From positions 1-29,735 of the forward strand of contig JBIOIY010000039.1 in NCBI GenBank assembly GCA_044450345.1: a stretch of DNA of 29,735 nucleotides. Direction: 5' to 3'. Source of the stretch: Thermodesulfovibrionales bacterium (GTDB lineage Bacteria > Nitrospirota > Thermodesulfovibrionia > Thermodesulfovibrionales > UBA6898). The notes under the pieces were generated by a model, which saw only the letters and a list, made by a program, of their open reading frames with translations, did no database searches and was not told the origin of the DNA. This document shows, piece after piece, positions 1-8,689 of the stretch (its first letter is position 1; each line of letters opens with the position of its first letter). The translations under genes and the position numbers were made by a program.

Positions 1-1
1 A

Positions 2-541
2 ATAATAATTGAATCCCTCAGCGTTAGAACTCAGCACCGCGGTGGATGGACCGCAGTTGTCGAAACAAGTGACCGCGAGCGTCGGGTCGGGATTCGGGAA
101 TGTAATACTCGATGGCGTCGAAGTCTCAACGTGAAGTTTCAACTCGACATGGTTGCCCAGCGCACCGGCATTGACGATTATCGGTGTTACCTGCAGAATC
201 GACCCTGCCTGTCCGGCCAAAGTGACGACATGCGGAAAAGATATCGCCCTGTCTGACGTTGATGTCCCAATGACTGACGCCCCATTATTTATCAGTACCG
301 GAGGGACGCTGAACGGCGCATTCATGGAAACCTGTATGTCAGTCGTAACCGGTGTCGCCGGATTCCCTCCGGTGCATGAAAAGGTAACCCCCAAATCACG
401 TGAGAACTGAGAATCAACCTGAACAATTCTAGACTCCACAAGAACGCATTTTACCGGGACATCCGCATTCGCAGTCCTCACGAAGCCCGCCGCCACGATC
501 GCGAACAAAACCACCCAACCTATCGCCCAACCCTGTTTCAT
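2..541 (-). CDS. Secreted protein (signal peptide) with secretin-core-like motifs; 3' end runs off the window
   Basis: Hand translation from ATG 541 is open for 180 codons to the window edge: MKQGWAIGWVVLFAIVAAGFVRTANA-DVPVKCVLVESRIVQVDSQFSRDLGVTF...AISFPHVVTLAGQAGSILQVTPII...HVELKLHVET.... G-rich RBS (AAGGGGG) and a sigma70-like promoter lie upstream. Absent from the ORF track because there is no stop in the window. Confidence 0.8.
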   Translation of the reverse strand, partial: MKQGWAIGWVVLFAIVAAGFVRTANADVPVKCVLVESRIVQVDSQFSRDLGVTFSCTGGNPATPVTTDIQVSMNAPFSVPPVLINNGASVIGTSTSDRAISFPHVVTLAGQAGSILQVTPIIVNAGALGNHVELKLHVETSTPSSITFPNPDPTLAVTCFDNCGPSTAVLSSNAEGFNYY

Positions 542-617
542 GTCATTCGCCCCCTTTTCCGTCGATGTCAATCGCGGAATCGTTATCCCAGATTATGGGT
601 AACTACTTCCTATAATA

Positions 618-645
618 ATCTTATCCCGACTTCGCCATATGTCAA
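618..645 (-). promoter_or_regulatory. Putative sigma70 promoter for the 541 gene
   Basis: Minus strand TTGACA (645-640), 16 nt, TAAGAT (623-618). Confidence 0.55.
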
Positions 646-1340
646 TATACGGCGCGAATCATTCAGCGCAAATGCCTCAACCGCGGACATCCGGTTGCCA
701 CCGGATACTGTGCACTTTCAGAACGCTTCCCGCCATTCATTCCGATTCATTTCTGCGAATGCTCCGTACCTAAACCATATGCTAGTTGAATTTACATGTC
801 TTTGGTCGGTGAAGTCTAGATTCAACCTTCCTTCCTCCTGAAGCCAACACTGTGGCTTTTTTGCACATACGCAAGGTTACCCTTCGAAAGAAACGTTCAC
901 CAGGCTGCAGCCGTGTGCGATGTACCTCTCCAATCAAACGTTTTTTGAGGACGTGACCGAAGTTCACTCCTGCCTATAATTAACAGAGAGGACACGTCAC
1001 CCGGAATTTTGATACACGCGAAAACAAACAGGTATTTTGATCCGAAACCCTATGGGATTTCCAAGCTAAACCTTCGGCGGGTTAAGCCCACTTACCGCCC
1101 CCCCTGAAGAAATCCTACAATAGACTTTCGCCGCCTCCCCTGCCCTTGCAGTTTATCTAGGCTTTTAGCCAAGCTTTACCCAAAACATGAAACTATCATT
1201 TGCCTTGCCCTTTTTAGCTTTATTGAGTAACATAATTCAGTCATGCCAAGGGGGGGTGGGTATCAAGGGTAAATTTCCAATTGATAAAAAATGAATTCGG
1301 CGCCCGCCAGTGCCCAAAATTATACAAGGAGGTCTCTTAT

Positions 1341-1460
1341 ATGGAGCAGCTATTTGAAATACGATTAGAACTTGAACCTATCAAACCCTGCTTTCCCAGA
1401 CCTTTGCATGATCGGCGCCGTCCCTTTAAGCGGTCTTCGGTTTTTTCAGAAAAGCGGTAA
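1341..1460 (+). other. Small ORF (39 aa) or gene remnant with a perfect RBS
   Basis: AAGGAGGT 7 nt before ATG 1341; MEQLFEIRLELEPIKPCFPRPLHDRRRPFKRSSVFSEKR*; overlaps the 3' end of the MFS gene by 35 nt. Confidence 0.3.
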
Positions 1461-2664
1461 GCAGGATGGCGGTGCCCGCAAAGAATGCCGCCATGTAGAA
1501 ACTACCCGAAAAACTCCCGGTCTTTTCTGCAAGCAGCCCGGCTATTGCAGGGCCTGAAATCTGGCCGAAACCGAAGATGAAAGTGACCAGACCAAAGGCT
1601 GCTGCCGCCTTCCGTGCCCCGACATAATCGCCGACTGCCGCGGCCATTATGGACGGAATGCTCCATGCGACAACGCCGTAAAATCCTATCGAAAGATACA
1701 GAAAAACTCCCGGCAGCCCCGATGCAGCAAGGAGATAGGAAAGAGTCTGGAGCGAAAATACGATGATCAGCCCTGACTTCCTGCTCATTCTGTCTGAAAG
1801 GGTCCCGAAAACAGGACCGGAAAAAAGGCTCAGCAACCCCACCCAGGCCCAGAAATCGCCCGCTACCGTCTCTGAGAACCCCCGCTCTTTTACGAGTGAG
1901 GTAACGATGAAAGTTGCGTAGATAACGTAAGTATATCCGAAGAGGAAATATATGGTCCCCAAATAATACATGGTCCCGCTCGTATAGATATTATGTTTTC
2001 CCCTTTCGGCTGCGGCGGCCGGAGAAACGGTGCTCTCTCCCCCGACCGGTTTCAGCCCTTTTTCCTCTGGTTTGTCTCTGAGCAGGAGATAACTCAAAAA
2101 GGCGATGAGAACGACGGTCGCGCTGAGTATCAGCCAGCTCACCCTCCAGCCTTCGGGTCCGATGATTCTGTTAACAGTGGGGATAAGCTTCCCTGAGATG
2201 ATAATGGCAAAGCCGCTGCCTATCACGATAAATCCCGCTGCCCTCCCCCTTCTGTTTCGGGAGAACCAGGAAGAAACAAGCCCCATGACCGGTACATTGG
2301 CAGCGCCGCTTCCAAGCCCGGTGAGCCCGTAAAGAACCAGCACATAATGGAAGCTCCTTGCCTGGCTTATGAGGGACATCGAGACACCTACGACCAGCAA
2401 GGCGGCAAAGATCAGCTTTCTCGATCCTGTCTTGGCTGACCAGTGACCGCTCACCAATACCGCGACAAGATAACCGAGGAAATTCACCGTACTGATGAAG
2501 CCCATTTGCGAATACGTGAGGTGTAGCGTCGCGGCCATGGATGGAAGGAGCATGCCCAGGGCGAAGCGGCCGAAACCGAGACATGCCATTATGCAGAGAG
2601 TACCGGTGCCGACAATTATCCATCCGTAATGGAACGGTTCCCTGTCGGACAGAATTTTTTCCAT
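1426..2664 (-). CDS. MFS transporter (YbfB/YjiJ-like)
   Basis: About 12 hydrophobic segments; N-terminal FHYGW...GFGRFALGMLLP; MFS motif-A-like GTLSDRMSRK. Start placed at MEKILS (2664) because the upstream extension crosses intergenic repeats. Confidence 0.9.
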   Translation of the reverse strand: MEKILSDREPFHYGWIIVGTGTLCIMACLGFGRFALGMLLPSMAATLHLTYSQMGFISTVNFLGYLVAVLVSGHWSAKTGSRKLIFAALLVVGVSMSLISQARSFHYVLVLYGLTGLGSGAANVPVMGLVSSWFSRNRRGRAAGFIVIGSGFAIIISGKLIPTVNRIIGPEGWRVSWLILSATVVLIAFLSYLLLRDKPEEKGLKPVGGESTVSPAAAAERGKHNIYTSGTMYYLGTIYFLFGYTYVIYATFIVTSLVKERGFSETVAGDFWAWVGLLSLFSGPVFGTLSDRMSRKSGLIIVFSLQTLSYLLAASGLPGVFLYLSIGFYGVVAWSIPSIMAAAVGDYVGARKAAAAFGLVTFIFGFGQISGPAIAGLLAEKTGSFSGSFYMAAFFAGTAILLTAFLKKPKTA

Positions 2665-2734
2665 CAAAAAATATACCATTGTTGCACCCATAAATTGTAG
2701 GGGCGTGATTATCATGCCCTTTTGGCCGGGGCGG

Positions 2735-2753
2735 CCTGCCTGCCGGCAGCAGG
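2735..2753. repeat. Short palindromic repeat CCTGCCTGCCGGCAG-CAGG
   Basis: Near-copy of the hairpin at 5192-5214; core also at 26497-26508. Confidence 0.5.
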
Positions 2754-2816
2754 GAACGAGCAGCGATGCCATCCACGCATGCATAAAATTCTTTGGACCC
2801 ATACGCCGCCAACGTC

Positions 2817-2846
2817 TTGAAAAAATAAGGAAAAATGAATTATTAT
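2817..2846 (+). promoter_or_regulatory. Putative sigma70 promoter of the pheA operon
   Basis: TTGAAA (2817-2822), 18 nt, TATTAT (2841-2846) in an AT-rich stretch. Confidence 0.4.
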
Positions 2847-2902
2847 TATCATCTGTTCGAAAGCCGGCCTCTTTTCATGGAGGTCCTGAAGAAAACTATA
2901 CT

Positions 2903-3976
2903 ATGGAAGAACTAAAAAAACTCAGAAGCAGCATCGACAAGATCGACGATGAGATACTCAGACTGCTTAACAGGCGTGCCGGTTTTGTGGTGGACGTCGG
3001 CAAGATCAAGCGCAACAAAAAAACCACTTTCTACAAACCGGACCGCGAACGCCAGATCCTCGATAGGCTTGCAAAGAACAACAACGGCCCTTTTCCCAAT
3101 GATGCGCTGAAGGCTATTTATCGGGAGATACTCGCTGCATCACTGGCCCTTGAGGAGCCGCTGAAGGTCTCTTGTCTCGGACCTCTCGGCACCTTTACCC
3201 ACCTTGCGGCGCTGCGCCACTTTGGTTCATCGGCCGCCTTTGTCCCGGTGGACAGCATCAAGAAGGTATTCGAAAACGTCGAGACCAACAAGGTGGAGTA
3301 TGGCGTCGTTCCCATCGAAAATTCGAACGAGGGGGTCGTCAGCCATACCCTCGACATGTTCATGGACTCCGATCTGCAGGTAGTGGCGGAGATCATCCTT
3401 GAAGTGTCCCACAACCTGCTATCCAGGCAGTCGAACCGGGCGAAGATAAAGAAGATATATTCTCATCCCCAGGGACTGGCCCAGTGCAGGGGGTGGTTGG
3501 AGGCGAACATGCCGGGGGTGCCGGTAGCGGAATCCACAAGCACAGCAAAGGCCGCAGAACTGGCAGCCAAAGACCCGACTTCAGCAGCCATAGCCAGTGA
3601 GATCGCAGCGCGCATGTACGACCTTACGATCATCGAGCGGGACATTCAGGACAGCAGGCGCAATATTACGCGGTTCCTGGTCATATCGAAGGAATTCCCC
3701 CACAGGACCGGCAACGACAAGACGTCCATTATGTTTTCGATCAAGCATAAGCCGGGCTCCTTGTATGACGTCTTGCTGCCCTTTAAGCGGGCCAGGATCA
3801 ACCTGACCAAGATCGAATCGCGGCCTTCAAAGCGGAAGGCGTGGGAGTATATCTTTTTCGTTGATATGGAAGGACACGTAGAGGACAAGAAGGTGAAGAA
3901 GGCCATCGATGCGCTCACCGAGAACTGCCTCTACCTCAAGGTCCTCGGGTCATATCCGCAGGGTAATATGCAATGA
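2903..3976 (+). CDS. pheA: Chorismate mutase / prephenate dehydratase (P-protein)
   Basis: LRSSIDKIDDEILRLLNRR (AroQ mutase), GPLGTFT, PIENSNEG, SHPQGLAQC, NITRF, and ACT domain INLTKIESRPS...EYIFFVD. Start at MEELKK. Confidence 0.97.
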   Translation: MEELKKLRSSIDKIDDEILRLLNRRAGFVVDVGKIKRNKKTTFYKPDRERQILDRLAKNNNGPFPNDALKAIYREILAASLALEEPLKVSCLGPLGTFTHLAALRHFGSSAAFVPVDSIKKVFENVETNKVEYGVVPIENSNEGVVSHTLDMFMDSDLQVVAEIILEVSHNLLSRQSNRAKIKKIYSHPQGLAQCRGWLEANMPGVPVAESTSTAKAAELAAKDPTSAAIASEIAARMYDLTIIERDIQDSRRNITRFLVISKEFPHRTGNDKTSIMFSIKHKPGSLYDVLLPFKRARINLTKIESRPSKRKAWEYIFFVDMEGHVEDKKVKKAIDALTENCLYLKVLGSYPQGNMQ

Positions 3977-5043
3977 TACGTCCACCCGAATATGTCCTCG
4001 GAATTCAGCCCTACGTGCCCGGCAAACCGATCGAGGAACTCGAACGGGAACTCGGCATCTCGAACTCGGTCAAACTCGCCTCGAACGAAAACCCAGTGGG
4101 CCCTTCCCCTGCCGCAATGAAAGCGATAGGCGAAGGCTTTGCGGATATCAACCGTTACCCCGACGGCTCGGGATTTTATCTCAAGAAGGCCCTTTCAAAA
4201 GAGCTTGGAATAAGAGAAGAGGAAATAATCCTCGGGAACGGGTCGAACGAACTTCTCGACCTCGCTGCAAAAACATTCATGAAAGACGGAGACGAGGCGG
4301 TCATGGCAACCCCTTCTTTCGTTGTATATTTCATGTCCGTCCAGTCGGTGGGCGGAAAATCGGTCCAGGTCCCGCTCAAAAATTATACTCACGATCTCTC
4401 TGCGATGGCCGACTCCATTACTCCGGCAACGAAGATGATCTTCATCGCAAACCCGAACAACCCTACAGGGACTATTAATAAAAAAGACGAATTCGAGATT
4501 ATGATGAAGAGGGTCCCCGACGATGTCCTCGTCGTGATGGACGAGGCCTATTTTGAGTACGTATCAGACCCTGATTACGCCGACAGTATGAAATATCTCA
4601 GGTCTGAAAAGAACGTTCTCATTTTGAGGACCTTCTCGAAGATATACGGGCTTGCCGGACTCAGGCTGGGTTACGGCATCGCAAGGAAAGAGATAATCAC
4701 CGACATGAACAGGCTGAGGGCCCCCTTCAATACCAGCACTATAGCCCAAAAGGCGGGGATCGCCGCCCTCTACGATAAAGAACATGTCGGTCGTTCGCGA
4801 GAGGTAAATGGAGCCGGCAAAGAATACCTTTACCGCGAACTCGGTGCCCTCGGGATTTCTTTTGTCCCTACCGAGGCAAATTTCATATACATTCCTATAG
4901 AGGGGTCGGCAGCGCTTTACGAAAAGCTTCTGAGGATGGGCGTCATCATAAGGCCCATGGGGCCGAACGCGGTCAGGGTAACTATAGGCCTTCCGGAGGA
5001 AAACAGAAGGCTCATCGAGGCGCTGAAGGCGGCGAAGGGATAA
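3973..5043 (+). CDS. hisC: Histidinol-phosphate / aromatic aminotransferase
   Basis: KLASNENP, RYPD, GNGSNE, NPNNPTG, DEAYFE, RTFSKIYGLAGLRLGY (PLP lysine); ATGA overlap with pheA. Confidence 0.96.
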   Translation: MIRPPEYVLGIQPYVPGKPIEELERELGISNSVKLASNENPVGPSPAAMKAIGEGFADINRYPDGSGFYLKKALSKELGIREEEIILGNGSNELLDLAAKTFMKDGDEAVMATPSFVVYFMSVQSVGGKSVQVPLKNYTHDLSAMADSITPATKMIFIANPNNPTGTINKKDEFEIMMKRVPDDVLVVMDEAYFEYVSDPDYADSMKYLRSEKNVLILRTFSKIYGLAGLRLGYGIARKEIITDMNRLRAPFNTSTIAQKAGIAALYDKEHVGRSREVNGAGKEYLYRELGALGISFVPTEANFIYIPIEGSAALYEKLLRMGVIIRPMGPNAVRVTIGLPEENRRLIEALKAAKG

Positions 5044-5115
5044 TGTTCATTCGCAGAAAAAACGGGGGCCACGCCTTTTCGAGTTTTTCCCCCGTTGTGA
5101 ACTTCTTGTCTTGTC

Positions 5116-5224
5116 GTCATCCCGGCTTGACCGGGATCATTCTTGCAGCTCCGGCTGATTGACAAGGCGATAAAAGAAGGATTCCCGACAAGCCTGCCTA
5201 CCGGACAGGCAGGCGGGAATGACA
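5116..5224. repeat. REP-like palindromic repeat, copy 1 (GTCATCCCGGCTTGACCGGGATC...GATTCCCG...GCGGGAATGACA)
   Basis: Two-hairpin element with complementary ends; homologous to 6424-6503; carries inner hairpin GCCTGCCT-accggac-AGGCAGGC (5192-5214). Confidence 0.8.
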
Positions 5225-5316
5225 GAAGACAACCCTAACTATTGAGTTGTTGGTATATTGAAAGCTTTCACTTTTGAGCTTTCTTATTTTGTTTGGTTCG
5301 ATCAGGGAGGAAATAG

Positions 5317-6342
5317 TTGGACATCATTGTTCTGAGACAGGATGCGACGGAAGAGGACATGCGGCACGTAGTAAAGAAACTCGAAGGCCACGGGCTCAGG
5401 ACCCATATCTCGACCGGCACCGAAAGGACGATCATCGGCGTCATCGGGGATACATCGAAGATCACCGAGGAAGATGAAGATACCTTTCGTGCCGCATCGG
5501 GAGTTGAAAACGTCCTCAGGATATTGAAGCCCTATAAACTCGCCAGCCGTGAATTCAGGAAGGAAAATACCGAGATACACGTCAGGGGCATTGTAATAGG
5601 CGGTAAAAAGATACAGGTCATGGCGGGCCCGTGCGCGGTCGAAGGCAAGACGGTCCTTACGGCCATCGCCGAAAGAGTAAAGGCCGGAGGTGCAGCCTTT
5701 CTCAGGGGAGGGGCCTACAAGCCGAGGACATCGCCCTACTCTTTTCAAGGCCTTGGAGAGGAAGGACTGGAATATCTTGCCGAGGCGAGGGAAAGGACCG
5801 GCCTGCCCGTAGTCACCGAGATTATGGATCCGAGGGACCTTGATGCCATCGTCAAATATTCGGATATCATCCAGATCGGCGCAAGGAATATGCAGAATTT
5901 CAGACTCCTCCTGGAGGTCGGGTCCGCACAAAAACCGGTGTTGCTCAAGCGCGGGCTTTCTTCCACGATAAAGGAATGGCTCATGTCGGCGGAGTACATC
6001 ATGTCCCGCGGCAACCATGAGGTGATGCTTTGCGAAAGGGGCATTCGCACTTTCGAGACCGCAACGAGGAACACGCTGGATCTGAGCGCTGTACCTGTCC
6101 TGAAACAGCTCACGCATCTTCCTGTGGTCGTCGACCCGAGCCACGGCGTAGGGAAACGTGACCTTGTCGCTCCGATGGCGAAGGCCGCTGTCGCTGCCGG
6201 CGCTGACGCCCTGATCATAGAGGTCCATACGAATCCGGAAGAGGCGATGTCCGACGGCGAGCAGTCCCTCAAACCCGAGCATTTCGAGAAATTGATGAAA
6301 GAGCTGAAGCCCATAGCACTGGCTGTGGGAAGGGAAATATAA
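5317..6342 (+). CDS. aroF: DAHP synthase, type I-beta, with N-terminal regulatory (ACT/ferredoxin-like) domain
   Basis: [54 protein letters not shown] start with GGGAGG RBS. Confidence 0.96.
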   Translation: MDIIVLRQDATEEDMRHVVKKLEGHGLRTHISTGTERTIIGVIGDTSKITEEDEDTFRAASGVENVLRILKPYKLASREFRKENTEIHVRGIVIGGKKIQVMAGPCAVEGKTVLTAIAERVKAGGAAFLRGGAYKPRTSPYSFQGLGEEGLEYLAEARERTGLPVVTEIMDPRDLDAIVKYSDIIQIGARNMQNFRLLLEVGSAQKPVLLKRGLSSTIKEWLMSAEYIMSRGNHEVMLCERGIRTFETATRNTLDLSAVPVLKQLTHLPVVVDPSHGVGKRDLVAPMAKAAVAAGADALIIEVHTNPEEAMSDGEQSLKPEHFEKLMKELKPIALAVGREI

Positions 6343-6343
6343 A

Positions 6344-6378
6344 TGAGCGTTCAGCCCTCAGCGGTCGGCCCTCAGCCG
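6344..6378 (+). repeat. Five degenerate heptamer tandem repeats (TCAGCCN-like)
   Basis: tgagcgt tcagccc tcagcgg tcggccc tcagccg immediately after the aroF stop. Confidence 0.6.
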
Positions 6379-6423
6379 CATGGCATTGCACTACCCGGCA
6401 GCAGAGCTGTGACGTATCAAATT

Positions 6424-6503
6424 TGTCATTCCGGCTTGTCCGGAATCTTTCTTGAAGAAGGATCCCCGACCTCCCGAAGGCTTTCGGGATTGCGGGAATG
6501 ACA
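6424..6503. repeat. REP-like palindromic repeat, copy 2
   Basis: TGTCATTCCGGCTTGTCCGGAATC...AGAAGGATCCCCGAC...GCGGGAATGACA; terminal inverted repeat TTGTCATTCC/GGAATGACAA; inner hairpin TCCCGAA-ggct-TTCGGGA (6472-6489). Confidence 0.8.
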
Positions 6504-6552
6504 ATGGAGGAGCCTAACCCTCATACAGGGCACTAAGGGGGTTTTTGATTAA

Positions 6553-7413
6553 ATGACGACAAAGTTCGACAAAATAACAGTCTTGGGGGTCGGCCAAATC
6601 GGCGCATCGTTTGCACTCGCTATCAGGAATAAAGGACTTTGCCGTCATATCGCCGGGTCAGGCAGACACGAGAACAACCTCCTGAGGGCAAAGGAGATGG
6701 GCATCATCGACTCCTATGACCTTGACCCTGCGGCCGCCTGCACGGCTTCGGAGCTTGTTTTGTTATCGGCCCCTGTGGGGGCTTTTCCCGACCTGGTCAG
6801 AAGGTGTTCGGCCTCCTTAAAAAGAGGCGCAATCATTACCGACGCGGGAAGTGTAAAGGGAAGTCTCGTCCGCGACATCGAAAGACTGCTGCCGGCCCAT
6901 GTGCGCTACATCGGCGGCCATCCCATCGCGGGGAGTGACCGTTCGGGCATCGATTCATCGAGTGCGGACCTCTTCAAAAACGCAAAGTGCATCGTCACAC
7001 CGACCGAAAATTCGGATGCGGCCGCGCTGAATATAGTCACAGACATCTGGAAGTCCCTCGGGTCGCAGGTGATCACGATGGACCCCGCGGCACACGACCG
7101 CATTTACGGGGCGGTAAGCCATCTCCCTCATGTGATAGCCTACGCGCTGATGAATACCGTCTCCGACATAGACCCGGCGTATCTCGAATTTTGCGGACAG
7201 GGGTTCAAAGACACGACGCGCATCGCATCGAGTTCACCGGAGATGTGGAGGGACATTTGTCTGTTTAACAGGGAGAACCTCATCGAGATGCTTTTGGTCT
7301 TTCAAAAAAAACTCGAGCTTTTCGGCCGTTATCTAGAGGCCTCTGATTCCGTCTCGATCGAGAAGGAGTTCAAGAAGGCAAGGGACCTGAGGGATGGCAT
7401 TGGACAGGGTTGA
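6553..7413 (+). CDS. tyrA: Prephenate/arogenate dehydrogenase
   Basis: Rossmann GVGQIG, TDAGSVK, GGHPIAG, HDRIYGAVSHLPH, GFKDTTRIASS. Confidence 0.95.
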   Translation: MTTKFDKITVLGVGQIGASFALAIRNKGLCRHIAGSGRHENNLLRAKEMGIIDSYDLDPAAACTASELVLLSAPVGAFPDLVRRCSASLKRGAIITDAGSVKGSLVRDIERLLPAHVRYIGGHPIAGSDRSGIDSSSADLFKNAKCIVTPTENSDAAALNIVTDIWKSLGSQVITMDPAAHDRIYGAVSHLPHVIAYALMNTVSDIDPAYLEFCGQGFKDTTRIASSSPEMWRDICLFNRENLIEMLLVFQKKLELFGRYLEASDSVSIEKEFKKARDLRDGIGQG

Positions 7414-8689
7414 GATAAGCCCGGCAAAGGCGTTCGCGGGAGAGTTTATCCCTCCCCCTGACAAGTCGATATCACATAGGGCGGTCATCCTTTCATCCCT
7501 CGCAAACGGCAAAAGCATCGTAAAGAATTTCCTCCGGGCAAAGGACACGGAAAGCACGATGAACGCCTTCCGCGCCCTTGGCGTGGAGATCAGGGATGAA
7601 CGCGATACGCTTACGATCTTCGGCAAAGGGCTCTACGGATTGTCCGAGCCTGCCGGCGTCATAGACTGCGGCAATTCCGGAACTACCATAAGGCTCGTCT
7701 CCGGAGTGCTTGCCGGCAATCCCTTCTTTTCAGTCCTCACAGGAGATGATTCGCTCAGGACAAGACCGATGGCGCGCGTGATCGCCCCGCTCAGCCGGAT
7801 GGGCGCTGAGATCATGGCACGGTCCGGCAATAAATACCCTCCCGTCGCCATAAAAGGGACGAAGCTGAAACCGCTGCACTATGCGATGCCGCTTGCGAGC
7901 GCTCAGGTGAAGTCCTCTCTCATTCTTGCGGGTCTCTATTGCACGGAAGTCACCGAGATAACAGAGCCGACAAAATCGAGAGACCACACCGAAAGGATGC
8001 TGCCCGCCCTGGGCGCCGACGTGAGGGTGGAGGGACTCAGGGTCATAGTAAAAGGAGGCAGGGAACTGTCGCCCATGGAAATAGAGGTCCCCGGGGATTT
8101 TTCCTCGGCCGCATTTTTTATCGTCGCAGCGCTGCTCATACCAGGGGCCGAAATTACCTGCAGAAATGTGGGGATAAATCCGACCAGGACAGGCCTTTTG
8201 GAGGCCCTGAATATGATGGGAGCAAAGGTCGAAATGATCAACCCCCGCACCATTTCCGGAGAACCCGTGGCCGACATTCATTGCAGGGGAAGGGCATCGC
8301 TGAGGGCGGTCCATCTTACCGAAGAAATCATATCTTCACTGATCGATGAATTTCCCGTGCTGTGTGTGGCTGCCGCATCTGCGGAGGGCTTCACCACCAT
8401 CCGGGGCGCCTCGGAACTGCGCGTAAAAGAATCGGACAGGATAAAGGCGATGGCGTCGGAACTGGGCAAGATGGGAGTGAAAATAGAAGAATACCCGGAC
8501 GGCATCGGCATCACCGGGACAGCGGCGCTGAAGGGGGCCGAGGTAGAGAGTCACGGGGACCACAGGATAGCCATGGCGATGGCAGTTGCGGCGCTGGCTG
8601 CTGAAGGAACTACGACGATCTACGGGTCATCTGCAGTGGACATTTCCTTCCCTACATTTTTCAAAGCACTGAGAAGACTATCCGCATGA
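7394..8689 (+). CDS. aroA: EPSP synthase
   Basis: DKSISHRA, DCGNSGTTIRL, SAQVKS, SRDHTERM, ELRVKESDRI, DHRIAMA. Confidence 0.98.
   Translation: MALDRVEISPAKAFAGEFIPPPDKSISHRAVILSSLANGKSIVKNFLRAKDTESTMNAFRALGVEIRDERDTLTIFGKGLYGLSEPAGVIDCGNSGTTIRLVSGVLAGNPFFSVLTGDDSLRTRPMARVIAPLSRMGAEIMARSGNKYPPVAIKGTKLKPLHYAMPLASAQVKSSLILAGLYCTEVTEITEPTKSRDHTERMLPALGADVRVEGLRVIVKGGRELSPMEIEVPGDFSSAAFFIVAALLIPGAEITCRNVGINPTRTGLLEALNMMGAKVEMINPRTISGEPVADIHCRGRASLRAVHLTEEIISSLIDEFPVLCVAAASAEGFTTIRGASELRVKESDRIKAMASELGKMGVKIEEYPDGIGITGTAALKGAEVESHGDHRIAMAMAVAALAAEGTTTIYGSSAVDISFPTFFKALRRLSA

Noticed and set aside
153..410. 85-aa plus-strand ORF
   Set aside because: Antisense shadow of the minus-strand gene starting at 541, which has a promoter, RBS and signal peptide.
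782..967. 61-aa minus-strand ORF
   Set aside because: No recognisable motif; GGAG abuts the GTG with no spacing.
1241..1263. G-tract resembling a CsoR/RcnR operator
   Set aside because: The left half-site does not match well and no metal-resistance gene follows.
2705..2902. N-terminal extensions of pheA and of the MFS ORF (to 2802)
   Set aside because: They overlap each other and cross promoter and repeat DNA; family similarity begins at 2903 and 2664.
5302..6282. Long antisense ORFs (also 9267-10283, 21432-22160, 25043-25804 and others)
   Set aside because: They mirror well-conserved genes; expected from codon bias in GC-rich DNA.
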